Source of the DNA: SAR86 cluster bacterium
GTDB lineage: Bacteria > Pseudomonadota > Gammaproteobacteria > Magnimaribacterales > TMED112
Length of the DNA stretch: 64,000 nt
Direction: 5' to 3'
NCBI GenBank assembly: GCA_003331605.1
Contig: QOPD01000001.1
Coordinates: 147,936 to 211,935, forward strand
Shown: one piece after another, positions 26,034 to 35,890 of the stretch
Layout: the number at the start of each line of letters is the position of its first letter
Position numbering within the stretch: position 1 is the stretch's first letter
Made by a program: the position numbers and the translations under genes
Notes under the pieces: generated by a model
Database searches by the model: none
Seen by the model: only the letters and a program-made list of their open reading frames with translations
Told to the model about the DNA's origin: nothing

Positions 26034-27289
26034 CAGAACTAGCAGCACCAAAAAACCTTACAAGGAATGTACTTATTGGAATGGGTGCAGGCTTCGTTAT
26101 TGGAGCCTTCATTTTTTATACTACTATTGCTCCAAAGTTTATAGAGGAATTTTTTTCAACATACATATTTACTTTAGGCGGAGATATTTTTAAGAACCTC
26201 TTAAGGCTTATAGTTGTGCCTCTAGTATTTTTTTCATTGGTTTCAGGCATTTCATCTTTAAACGATATGGCCAGACTAGGCTCCATTGCCTATAAAACGG
26301 TTGGCTTATATCTGCTAACAACAGCTTTTGCTGTTTCTCTAGCACTTTTCTTTGGATGGCTAACCAATTTGGGTACTGGGTTTTCTGGTGATGTAGCTCC
26401 AACAGAACTTGCAGGCGGCGAGGCAAGCTTTTATGACACAGTGATGAGAATATTTCCAAGCAATATGTTTGGTGCTTTTGTTGAGAATAATATGTTAGGT
26501 ATTGTCTTTATAAGTATATTATTTGGGATTGCGCTTAATGCAACAGATTCTATAACTGGCGGATTATCCAAAAGCTTTGAAAAACTTAATACAGTATTTT
26601 TAAAAATAGTGCTTATGGTGATGCAGTTTGCTCCCTATGGAGTTTTCTGCTTAATTGGAGCTTATGTAGCCTCCAAAGGCCTAGATATTTTCGGTGATGT
26701 AGCACAATATGTAATTCTGTTAATTTTTGTCTTAGTTTTTCACTTGCTTTTTACTTACTCGCTGATATTGACTATTTTTGCAAGATTAAATCCTATTAAG
26801 TTTTTTAATAAGATGAAGGATGTAATGCTGTTTGCATTTTCCACTTCCTCTAGTGCAGCAACTATTCCTGTAACCTTGAAAACTGTCACACAAGATTTGG
26901 GTGTAAAAAAAGATGTTGGATCTTTTGTTGTTCCAGTTGGAGCAACAATCAATATGGATGGAACAGCAATTATGCAGGGCCTCGCAACGGTATTTATTGC
27001 TGGCATTACCCCCGGCATTGAACTTGGAATTGTTGAGTATGTTCAGATTATTTTTCTGGCTGTAATTACTTCTATAGGTACTGCAGCAGTCCCTTCAGCC
27101 GGCATAGTAACTTTGACAATTATTCTTAGTCAGCTTGGCATACCATTAGAGGCAATTGGCTTGATACTCGCTGTAGATAGAATTTTAGATATGCTAAGAA
27201 CTTCAATAAATGTTTGCGGAGATGCTGCGGTTTCTTGTATAGTAGCTAAAACAGAGGGGGGGCTAGACGAGAAAGTCTTTAATAGTTAA
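26030..27289 (+). CDS. Dicarboxylate/amino acid:cation symporter (DAACS)
   Basis: AFSTSSSAATIP, GATINMDGT, AAVPSAG and AVDRILDMLRT motifs. Confidence 0.94.
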   Translation: MTELAAPKNLTRNVLIGMGAGFVIGAFIFYTTIAPKFIEEFFSTYIFTLGGDIFKNLLRLIVVPLVFFSLVSGISSLNDMARLGSIAYKTVGLYLLTTAFAVSLALFFGWLTNLGTGFSGDVAPTELAGGEASFYDTVMRIFPSNMFGAFVENNMLGIVFISILFGIALNATDSITGGLSKSFEKLNTVFLKIVLMVMQFAPYGVFCLIGAYVASKGLDIFGDVAQYVILLIFVLVFHLLFTYSLILTIFARLNPIKFFNKMKDVMLFAFSTSSSAATIPVTLKTVTQDLGVKKDVGSFVVPVGATINMDGTAIMQGLATVFIAGITPGIELGIVEYVQIIFLAVITSIGTAAVPSAGIVTLTIILSQLGIPLEAIGLILAVDRILDMLRTSINVCGDAAVSCIVAKTEGGLDEKVFNS

Positions 27290-27297
27290 TACAAATT

Positions 27298-29319
27298 ATG
27301 GAAATTTTTGAGAATTTTATTATTGGACCAATGACACCATGGGGTCCATTTATAGTTGGGCTAGTTGGTTTAGTATGTGCTTTTGTACTTTATGGTCTGA
27401 TAATGAAGTACCCAGAAGGCAATGCTAAAGTCGCAAAAATTGGTGACCAGATTCACCTTGGTGCACGAGTTTTCATGATTACTGAATATAAAATTCTGTT
27501 ACCAGTATTGGTAGTTTTAGTTTTAGCTTGCGGGTTTTCGCCTCTGGGATGGAATACAGCACTAGCAATTGCTGTTGGAGCATTATCTTCGGCAATAGCA
27601 GGGTTTATAGGCATGTATTCTGCAACAAAGGCCAATGTGAGAACTGCTACAGCAGCTGAAGAATCTGGACAAGAGAGAGCATTATCAATTTCGTTCTTTG
27701 GTGGCTCAATTATGGGTTTATGTGTTGCATCAATGGGGTTAATTGGTCTTGGTGGGCTTTATATATATTTTGTTGGCACACTAAATGATGATTTCAAATC
27801 TATAGCTTCTGCACTTGAGGGTTTTGGCGTAGGTGCATCTGCTGTTGCACTCTTTTCAAGAGTGGGCGGTGGTATTTTCACTAAAAGTGCTGATGTTGGT
27901 GCCGATCTTGTTGGCAAAGTAGAGGCAGGCATACCAGAAGACGATCCAAGAAATCCTGGAGTTATTGCTGATAATGTCGGCGATAACGTTGGAGATATTG
28001 CTGGAATGGGCTCAGACATATTTGAGTCATATTGTGGAGCAATGATTGCATCAATAGCCATTGCAGCGACACTCAGTAATCCAGACTTAATGTTTTTACC
28101 ACTATGGCTTTCAGCTTCGGGTTTATTTTGTTCCCTAATTGGTATTGGTATTGTGAGATCTCAGGTCTCAAGATCCCCTGCAGTCGCTTTAAGATATGGC
28201 ACATTTTTTTCACCAATCATATTTTTAATATTTGCAGGACTTAGTGTTTACTATTCTCCAAATATTGAAATGAATTATTTTTACTCAATATTAACCGGTG
28301 CTGTGGGCGGGATATTAATTGGTTTAATAACAGAATACTATACTGGAGGCACAACGAATGATTCACCTGTGGGGAAAATTGCAAAATCAGGTGAGACAGG
28401 CCCTGCAACAGTCATAATATCTGGACTCAGTGTAGGAATGGTATCTGTTGTAATGCCTATTTTAGTTATCGCTGGAATCATTGGAGTTTCCACATATTTT
28501 TCAGGGCTTTACGGAGTAGGAATAGCCGCAGTTGGTATGCTATCAACGGTTGGCATAACTATGGCAATAGATGCTTATGGCCCAGTAGCAGACAATGCTG
28601 GAGGGATTGCTGAGATGAGTGGTATGAAAAGCGAAGTTCGAGAAATAACAGATTCTCTTGATGAATTGGGAAATACAACTGCAGCCATCGGCAAAGGATT
28701 TGCTATTGGAGCAGCTGCACTAGCTGCACTAGCGATCATCGCTGCTTTTACTCAGGTTACAAAAGTAGAATTGCTGCTTTCAGACCCAAGAGTTTTAGTA
28801 GGGATGTTCATTGGCGGCACAATTCCATTTCTGGTTTCTTCTATAACGATGACTGCTGTAGGAGATGCTGCTTTTGAAATGATAGAAGAGATTAGAAGAC
28901 AATTTAGAGAAATACCTGGATTGCTTGAAGGAAAAGCAGATCCTGATACAGCAAAATGCGTAGATATAGCAACTAATGCAGCTTTGAAAAAGATGCTGCT
29001 TCCGGGAGCAATAGCAATTTTAAGCCCTATAGTTATTGGTTTTGGTTTGGGTGCTATTGAGCTTGGTGGAATGTTAGCTGGAGCCTTGCTAGGGTGTGTA
29101 TTGCTAGCATTAATGATGGCAAATGCTGGTGGAGCATGGGATAACGCTAAGAAGTTTGTTGAGAAAGGAAACTTCGGTGGAAAAGGAACTGAGACTCATT
29201 CAGCAGCAGTGGTTGGTGATACGGTTGGTGACCCGTTCAAAGACACATCAGGGCCAGCAATGAATATTCTGATCAATGTTATGGCAATCGTGAGCTTAGT
29301 GATTGCCCCTCTACTTTAA
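27298..29319 (+). CDS. hppA: Membrane-integral pyrophosphatase, K+-dependent, probably Na+-translocating
   Basis: [42 protein letters not shown] and [13 protein letters not shown] motifs. Confidence 0.96.
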   Translation: MEIFENFIIGPMTPWGPFIVGLVGLVCAFVLYGLIMKYPEGNAKVAKIGDQIHLGARVFMITEYKILLPVLVVLVLACGFSPLGWNTALAIAVGALSSAIAGFIGMYSATKANVRTATAAEESGQERALSISFFGGSIMGLCVASMGLIGLGGLYIYFVGTLNDDFKSIASALEGFGVGASAVALFSRVGGGIFTKSADVGADLVGKVEAGIPEDDPRNPGVIADNVGDNVGDIAGMGSDIFESYCGAMIASIAIAATLSNPDLMFLPLWLSASGLFCSLIGIGIVRSQVSRSPAVALRYGTFFSPIIFLIFAGLSVYYSPNIEMNYFYSILTGAVGGILIGLITEYYTGGTTNDSPVGKIAKSGETGPATVIISGLSVGMVSVVMPILVIAGIIGVSTYFSGLYGVGIAAVGMLSTVGITMAIDAYGPVADNAGGIAEMSGMKSEVREITDSLDELGNTTAAIGKGFAIGAAALAALAIIAAFTQVTKVELLLSDPRVLVGMFIGGTIPFLVSSITMTAVGDAAFEMIEEIRRQFREIPGLLEGKADPDTAKCVDIATNAALKKMLLPGAIAILSPIVIGFGLGAIELGGMLAGALLGCVLLALMMANAGGAWDNAKKFVEKGNFGGKGTETHSAAVVGDTVGDPFKDTSGPAMNILINVMAIVSLVIAPLL

Positions 29320-29381
29320 AAATAAATACATCATACGGCTAATCAGTAGCTAGCAGATGTTTGTTAATATTAGTTGGTTTA

Positions 29382-29585
29382 TTAGATTAGTTTTATATCG
29401 CCGACGCCTATTCTTCCTTTGTACTCTTCCACTGTGAACTCAACGTTGTCGTTTTCATTCAGAGTTTCTACGCCACATCTTTGTAAAGAACTGATGTGAA
29501 CGAATACATCTTTAGAACCATCTTCGGGTGCAATAAATCCAAAGCCTTTTGCAGAATTAAAAAATTTTACGACTCCTTTTTGCAT
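29382..29585 (-). CDS. cspA: Cold-shock domain protein
   Basis: [12 protein letters not shown] and DVFVHIS motifs. Start 29585 with RBS CAGGAG; the exact paralog is uncertain. Confidence 0.9.
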   Translation of the reverse strand: MQKGVVKFFNSAKGFGFIAPEDGSKDVFVHISSLQRCGVETLNENDNVEFTVEEYKGRIGVGDIKLI

Positions 29586-29647
29586 TGCAATCTCCTGTAG
29601 TTGTTGTCTACAATACAGCAAAATTGTGGTATGTAAACAATTTAGAC

Positions 29648-30460
29648 TTAATACTTGCCGAAACTTCCAGAGTTGAAATCATCTATTGTTTCAAGTATTT
29701 CAGATTTGGTGTTCATAACAAACGGGCCATATTGAAATATTGGTTCATTTATTGGTTTGCCACCAATCAATAGAAATCTTGAGTTTTTATCTGAATGAAC
29801 GTTTATTTTCCCTGAGAAGCATATGCCGCTTCTTGATCGTATACCTATCCCATCTACCAAAACGTCGCCTTCAAAAACATAAATAAAATAGTTTTTATTA
29901 GTGAAGCCATCAAAAGCAAAAGTACCAATTCCCATTGCAATATCCATGTAATCAAGTTGAGTGCTAAGTCCATTTATGGGCCCTATATGATGCTTATAAT
30001 TTCCTGCAATTAGTTTAATTGAAGCATTACCTTCATCTAAATTGATAATTTCATCTGATTTTATATCTCTGTAAGATGGAGCTTTCATTTTCTCTCTAGC
30101 TGGTAGATTGACCCATAACTGAAAACCTTTCATAAGACCATTTTTTTGCAGCGGCATCTCTGAATGGATAATACCTCTGCCTGCTGTCATCCATTGCATT
30201 TCACCTGACTTTAGTTCTCCACTATTACCCATACTATCCTCATGCTGCAAATGTCCTTCAATCATATACGTGAATGTTTCAAATCCTCTATGCGGATGTG
30301 AAGGAAATCCACCAATGTAATCATCTGGATTGTCAGAGCAGAATTCATCTAACATTAAAAAGGGGTCAAGGCGTACATCTTGGGTTTGTCCCAGACTGCG
30401 AAAAATTTTAACTCCTGCACCATCAGAGGTTTCATATGCAGGAATTATCTCTTTATTCAT
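29648..30460 (-). CDS. Pirin family protein
   Basis: [36 protein letters not shown] and GPFVMNT motifs. Confidence 0.94.
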   Translation of the reverse strand: MNKEIIPAYETSDGAGVKIFRSLGQTQDVRLDPFLMLDEFCSDNPDDYIGGFPSHPHRGFETFTYMIEGHLQHEDSMGNSGELKSGEMQWMTAGRGIIHSEMPLQKNGLMKGFQLWVNLPAREKMKAPSYRDIKSDEIINLDEGNASIKLIAGNYKHHIGPINGLSTQLDYMDIAMGIGTFAFDGFTNKNYFIYVFEGDVLVDGIGIRSRSGICFSGKINVHSDKNSRFLLIGGKPINEPIFQYGPFVMNTKSEILETIDDFNSGSFGKY

Positions 30461-31386
30461 AGTTCAATTGGTCCCTGAGGGACAATACGATATGGATTGA
30501 TCTGATCATGACTGTAATAGTAGTGACGTTTGATGTGCTCAATATCACAAGTATGTTTTATTGCAGGTATTTTAAGCATGTCTAGCATGTATCGATATAA
30601 ATTTTTGTAGTCCATGATTCGTCTAATATTGCATTTAAAATGGGTGACATAAACAGGATCAAATCTTAATAGCGTTGGAATCAGCCTTAAATCAGCCTCA
30701 GTGACTTCATCACCAACTAGAAACTTGGTTTTGCTTAGTTTGTTATCGAGAAAATCAAGTGTTTCAAACAGTTTTGAAACAGCGCTATCATAAGCCTCTT
30801 GAGAAAGAGCAAAGCCTGATTTATAGACGCCATTGTTCACACTGTCATAGATGATATCGTTCAGTTCATCTATTAATTCTCTTTTATCTTCAGGGTAGTA
30901 ATCGTTATGGTTGCCAGTTAAATCATTGAATGAAGTATTCAGAATTCTAATTATTTGGGAAGATTCATTGTTAACAATTGTTTCAGTTTTTTTATCCCAC
31001 AGTATTGGTACGGTAACACTGGTGGTAATTGTTGGGTCTGCTTTTTGATATATCTCTCTTAAAAACTTCTTGCCATATAAATGATCCTCAGTAGCACCAG
31101 GAAAGCTTGTATCAAATACCCATCCCTCTTCGAGCATATCTGGGTGAACAACACTGACACTTATGTGATCGTTAAGATCTTTAAGTTGTCTATATATCAG
31201 AGTTCTAGTAGCCCAAGGACATGCGTAACTAACATACAAGTGGTAACGACCTAACTCTGGTTGAAATTTTTCATGGCCTTTTTCAATAGTATCTAAAAAA
31301 GTTCTTGGCAGGCGATCATATGCACCTGAATCGTCTGATGTAATAATGGATTTTACTATCCATTCACCCTCAATTAGTTTACCCAT
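30457..31386 (-). CDS. yqjG: Glutathionyl-hydroquinone reductase (GST Xi/omega-like)
   Basis: YHLYVSYACPWA, TVPILWDKK, VNNESSQII, NNGVYK and HIKRHYY motifs. Confidence 0.9.
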   Translation of the reverse strand: MGKLIEGEWIVKSIITSDDSGAYDRLPRTFLDTIEKGHEKFQPELGRYHLYVSYACPWATRTLIYRQLKDLNDHISVSVVHPDMLEEGWVFDTSFPGATEDHLYGKKFLREIYQKADPTITTSVTVPILWDKKTETIVNNESSQIIRILNTSFNDLTGNHNDYYPEDKRELIDELNDIIYDSVNNGVYKSGFALSQEAYDSAVSKLFETLDFLDNKLSKTKFLVGDEVTEADLRLIPTLLRFDPVYVTHFKCNIRRIMDYKNLYRYMLDMLKIPAIKHTCDIEHIKRHYYYSHDQINPYRIVPQGPIEL

Positions 31387-31403
31387 AGTTGTTTATATCT
31401 ATG

Positions 31404-33464
31404 TTAAACATCTGAAAGTTCAAGGTGTGCTGGAAACCATCGCTCAATAATTTTTCTTTGTTGCTCTATTGGTAGTTCCATTATTTCATCAGTGATTTTA
31501 GTTGCTTCAGATTGTATTTCTTCATCCGCTATCAAATCATAAAAAGTGAAACTTGGTTGTCCAGTTTGAGACAAGCCAAGGATATCACCAGGTCCGCGCA
31601 ATTTAAGATCTTCTTCAGCTATCAAAAAGCCGTCATTGGTTTCTGATATTACACTTAATCTTTTTTCCGATAGTTCTGAGAGATTATCTTCATGCATCAG
31701 TATGCAATAGCTTTCCTTATCGCCACGCCCAACACGACCTCTTAATTGATGCAGTTGCGCCAATCCAAAACGCTCAGAATTTTCAATAACCATAATATTT
31801 GCATCGGGCACATCAATTCCTACCTCTATAACAGTGGTAGCCAACAAAATTTTTGTCGATTTATTTTTAAAACTTTCTAAGATTTGATTCTTTTCTTTAT
31901 CTGGCATTTTGCCATGCAAAATATTGTATTGGTTGTTTTCAAACTCTTTTTTTAAAACTTTTTCTAAATCCTCAATACCTATTAGACTGCTATCGCTTTC
32001 TTCAATTAATGGGCATACCCAATAGACTTGAGAACCAGTGTCAATGGCTTTTTTAATTCTATTGATAAGAGCTTCTCGTCTTTTATTGCTCAATAATGTT
32101 GTGACTATTGGCTTTCTATTTGGTGGCAATGATTTAATGGTAGATACATCCAATCCAGATAAAACACTCATAGCCATAGTTCTTGGTATGGGTGTGGCTG
32201 ATAAAAGTAGTTGGTGAGGGTAATCTTCAGCCTTTTCTTTAAGTTTAAGTCGTTGGGTTACACCAAACCTATGCTGCTCGTCATAGACAACCAGAGACAA
32301 TGATTCATAGACTACATCTTTTTGGAAAACAGCATGTGTACCAATAATAATTTTCACAGTCCCATTTGCAATGCCATTTAATTTTTCTCTACGTTCTTTG
32401 GCAGGAATCTTTGAAGTCAGTAATTCAATTTTAACAGCGCCTCCAAACCAATTAAGAAAGTTTTTATAATGCTGCTTAGCAAGGATGGTTGTTGGAGCTA
32501 ATATAGCCACTTGTTTCCCCTCAGCAACTACACTCGCAGCAATCAGAGCAGCTACTATAGTCTTGCCTGAGCCCACATCCCCTTGCAGAAGTCGCAACAT
32601 TGGTGAGCCAGATGACATATCGTTTTTAATTTCTTGATAAGTTAATTTTTGATCCTTTGTTAAACTAAATGGCAAGGACTCGATTATTTTATTTGCTTGT
32701 AATTCATCAGAAAATATATCAGCTGGTTTATTTTTATTTTGATGTTTAATTGAAAGATAGCTTATTTTATTAGCCACCACCTCTTCTAAACCAATTCGCT
32801 TTCTGTGTGGCGATGTTCCGCCAACCAAATAATCATTAATATTGTCATCTGGCATTGGAGCATGAATTCTTTGAATGGAGTTACTCAAATCAGCTAGATT
32901 ATTTCTTGGAAAATAATCCACTACTTCAATTTCTTGCTTATTCATCATTTGTATAGCTTGAGCTATCGCATTGCGAAATTTTTGATGGGTTAGTCCTCTT
33001 GTAAGACGATATTTTGGAAGTATCTTTGGGGAAAATTTAGAGCTTATACAAAGTTCATAGTCGGGATGGATTGTTTCAAGACCATATCTCCCCAACCTTG
33101 ATGTGCCTGCAATTTCCATAACAGCACCTTCCTTAAAAAGGTTTCTTAAGCCGGGAAAGTAATAAAAAAATCTTAGGTAAATATGTCCTGTACTATCAGC
33201 TACTTTTACGATTAGCATTTTACGAGGCACAAAAGTTTGTGAAACTTTCTCCACAGTACCCCGAATGACAAATTCCCGATCTGGCTTAAGATCTGCAATT
33301 TGAGTTAGTTTGGTTCTGTCTTGATAATCTACAGGAAAGTGAAATAAAAGATCTTCAACACTTTTGATTCCTAGCTTAAGGAATGCAGCACCCATTTTTT
33401 CACCTACACCCTTGATTGTTGTTACCATTACTGAAGAAGCATCAATTTTTGGTGAAGAAGACAT
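31404..33464 (-). CDS. recG: ATP-dependent DNA helicase RecG
   Basis: LLQGDVGSGKT, DEQHRFG, SATPIPRT, ERFGLAQLHQLRGRVGRG and DLKLRGPG motifs. Likely start 33464. Confidence 0.97.
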   Translation of the reverse strand: MSSSPKIDASSVMVTTIKGVGEKMGAAFLKLGIKSVEDLLFHFPVDYQDRTKLTQIADLKPDREFVIRGTVEKVSQTFVPRKMLIVKVADSTGHIYLRFFYYFPGLRNLFKEGAVMEIAGTSRLGRYGLETIHPDYELCISSKFSPKILPKYRLTRGLTHQKFRNAIAQAIQMMNKQEIEVVDYFPRNNLADLSNSIQRIHAPMPDDNINDYLVGGTSPHRKRIGLEEVVANKISYLSIKHQNKNKPADIFSDELQANKIIESLPFSLTKDQKLTYQEIKNDMSSGSPMLRLLQGDVGSGKTIVAALIAASVVAEGKQVAILAPTTILAKQHYKNFLNWFGGAVKIELLTSKIPAKERREKLNGIANGTVKIIIGTHAVFQKDVVYESLSLVVYDEQHRFGVTQRLKLKEKAEDYPHQLLLSATPIPRTMAMSVLSGLDVSTIKSLPPNRKPIVTTLLSNKRREALINRIKKAIDTGSQVYWVCPLIEESDSSLIGIEDLEKVLKKEFENNQYNILHGKMPDKEKNQILESFKNKSTKILLATTVIEVGIDVPDANIMVIENSERFGLAQLHQLRGRVGRGDKESYCILMHEDNLSELSEKRLSVISETNDGFLIAEEDLKLRGPGDILGLSQTGQPSFTFYDLIADEEIQSEATKITDEIMELPIEQQRKIIERWFPAHLELSDV

Positions 33465-33493
33465 ATATTTATTATTATTGCTAAATATCAAAA

Positions 33494-34231
33494 ATGAAAA
33501 TTTTAATTATAGGTGCTGGTCGAATTGCTAATTATTTAATTCGGGAAAATCCTGAATGGCATTTCATTGCTATAAGAAGAACTCAACAGGATTACCCTGA
33601 CAATGTAGCCCAGTGTCCAATGCAAATGAATCTTTCAAGCATTATGAAGTTAAATGCTTTTAAGTCTGATTGGTTAATTTATATGCCGAAAACCCTATCG
33701 GCATCAAATGATTCCTACGAAGAGGCTTATGTTGAAATTCCAGAACAATTAATGAACCTTGAGATAAAAAATAAACTTTTTATTTCATCTACACGAGTAT
33801 TCAATGGTTATAAAAATATCAATGTTGATGAGAAGACAGCTCCCAACCCAAATGATAGTTTGTCAGAGCTTATAGCTAAGTTTGAAAACAATGCAATGCA
33901 ATTTGAAGATAATAAGATCCTGAGATTGTCTGGTATCGTTAATGAGGAAAGCAATTTTATTAAAGCAACACTTAAAAGAGCTGAAAACGATGCGGTTGAT
34001 AACAAATTTATTAATGCTATTCATGTTGAAGATGTAGCAAAGATTATCCAGGAGCAGGTAAATTTATTAAATAAGTCACAAATAATTAATGGAGTAGTGC
34101 CAAGTTCAGAACGATACTCTGACTTTTCCAAACATGTTATAAATAATGACCCAGTGAATGCTAATGTTCAGTCATTGCAATACAATAGTAATTTTGACTT
34201 CAAATACAAGGATATAAAATCATTGCTATGA
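33494..34231 (+). CDS. NAD(P)-binding epimerase/dehydratase-like protein
   Basis: KILIIGAGRIA, FISSTRVF, LRLSGI and IHVEDVA motifs. Confidence 0.75.
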   Translation: MKILIIGAGRIANYLIRENPEWHFIAIRRTQQDYPDNVAQCPMQMNLSSIMKLNAFKSDWLIYMPKTLSASNDSYEEAYVEIPEQLMNLEIKNKLFISSTRVFNGYKNINVDEKTAPNPNDSLSELIAKFENNAMQFEDNKILRLSGIVNEESNFIKATLKRAENDAVDNKFINAIHVEDVAKIIQEQVNLLNKSQIINGVVPSSERYSDFSKHVINNDPVNANVQSLQYNSNFDFKYKDIKSLL

Positions 34232-35073
34232 AAGGAATGACAGGATTTACAGAAATATCTCATGATGAGAAAGGCACACAATACAAATGTATTGGTAAGT
34301 CCCTTAATAGTAGATTCCTTGAAGTATCAGTAAAGCTTCCATCAAACCTTAAAGGGTATGAAGGATGGGTAAGAGATGAAGTCCAAAAAGTTTTTGTGCG
34401 GGGAAAGGTTGAAGTAGAGCTTCATGCTTTTACCTCGCAAGATGACCAGCTTAAAGTTTCTGAAAGTCTAGCTCGAAAAGTGAAGAAGAATGAGGATGAA
34501 TTAAAGAGGAAAGGCATAGAATTTGTTCCCATATCTTACTTCCAGCTTTTAAAACTAAAAGATTCACTAAATACCAGCAGCAGTTTGAGCACTCAAAATT
34601 TTAAAAAAATAATCAGATCAACGCTGAAAAATTTAGCTTATTCGCGATTGCTAGATGGAGATACAACAAAAAAAGATTTGGAATCATTATTAAAACAGAT
34701 GCAAAAGCATATAAATAAAATTACCAAATATGAGAAAAAAAACTCAGAACAAGTATTTAAGAAATATAAGAAATATAAGAAAGAGCTTAATCTAAAGAAT
34801 TCTGAAGTAAACTACCCCGAAATATTTGCAGCTATAAATAAATCTGATATTAATGAAGAGGTCGTTAGATTTATATCGCATCTAGATCAGGTAGGCAAGC
34901 TAATTAAATCTAAAGGACAAGTTGGGAAAAAGCTAGATTTCTTTACTCAAGAACTGCTAAGAGAAACGAATACGATTACTTCAAAAGCGTCTATTTCTGA
35001 AATAAAGATTGAAGCTGTGGAATTAAAATGCTTAATCGAAAAAGTCAAAGAACATGCTCAAAATGTTGAATAG
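34228..35073 (+). CDS. yicC: YicC/YloC family endoribonuclease
   Basis: MKGMTGF, SLNSRFLE, RGKVE, EEVVRFISH, GKKLDFFTQELLRETNTI and [11 protein letters not shown] motifs. Confidence 0.92.
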   Translation: MKGMTGFTEISHDEKGTQYKCIGKSLNSRFLEVSVKLPSNLKGYEGWVRDEVQKVFVRGKVEVELHAFTSQDDQLKVSESLARKVKKNEDELKRKGIEFVPISYFQLLKLKDSLNTSSSLSTQNFKKIIRSTLKNLAYSRLLDGDTTKKDLESLLKQMQKHINKITKYEKKNSEQVFKKYKKYKKELNLKNSEVNYPEIFAAINKSDINEEVVRFISHLDQVGKLIKSKGQVGKKLDFFTQELLRETNTITSKASISEIKIEAVELKCLIEKVKEHAQNVE

Positions 35074-35659
35074 CCAAGAAAAAAATCTATATATCTTTAC
35101 TGCTCCCTCTGGAGCAGGCAAGACCACACTTATTAAACGTCTAATTAGCTATGCCAGAAAACAGCAACACAAAGTTCATCTTTGTGTTTCTCATACAACC
35201 AGAGAGCCAAGAGCGGGAGAAGAATCATCGAAAGATTACTACTTTATTTCTGAGGAAGAATTTAAAAAAAATATCTCAGATAACCAATACCTTGAATACG
35301 CTGTTGTTCATGGCAACCTTTATGGCACTCCCAAAACACAAATTGTACAAAAGCTCTCGGATGACAATAAAGTATTTCTTGAAATAGACTGGCAAGGAGC
35401 ACTAGATATCTTAAAAATTTATCCAAATGCAGAGAGTATATTTATTTCACCTCCATCAATTGACCACCTTAGAAAGCGTCTTGAAGATAGGGGGCTTGAC
35501 ACTAAAGAGGTAATTGAAAAAAGAATTAAAGGTGCAGCATTAGAGATGGAGAAAGCGATTCATTTTAAGCATCAAATAGTTAATATTTCACTTGACACAG
35601 CAACTAAAAACCTTATTAATATCATCTTCGGAGAAAACAATGGCAAGAATTACAGTTGA
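35054..35659 (+). CDS. gmk: Guanylate kinase
   Basis: [32 protein letters not shown] and RLEDRG motifs. Confidence 0.96.
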   Translation: MLKMLNSQEKNLYIFTAPSGAGKTTLIKRLISYARKQQHKVHLCVSHTTREPRAGEESSKDYYFISEEEFKKNISDNQYLEYAVVHGNLYGTPKTQIVQKLSDDNKVFLEIDWQGALDILKIYPNAESIFISPPSIDHLRKRLEDRGLDTKEVIEKRIKGAALEMEKAIHFKHQIVNISLDTATKNLINIIFGENNGKNYS

Positions 35660-35882
35660 AGGTTGCTTAAAACAGGTTGATAGTAGATTTGATCTAGTAT
35701 TAAAAGCTGCAGAAAGAGCAAGGGATCTTATTTCAACAAGTGCTGAGCCTCTAGTTGAGCCTGAAAATGATAAACCTACCATCATCGCATTAAGAGAAAT
35801 AGAAGAAGGTGTTCTGACTGAAGAAAATCTTGCTTCTAGTGACACCGAAGAGGTTTTTCTCGATAATGAAGATGAGGAGTAG
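35640..35882 (+). CDS. rpoZ: RNA polymerase omega subunit
   Basis: [16 protein letters not shown] and [11 protein letters not shown] motifs; start 35640. Confidence 0.96.
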   Translation: MARITVEGCLKQVDSRFDLVLKAAERARDLISTSAEPLVEPENDKPTIIALREIEEGVLTEENLASSDTEEVFLDNEDEE

Positions 35883-35890
35883 ATTTATTA

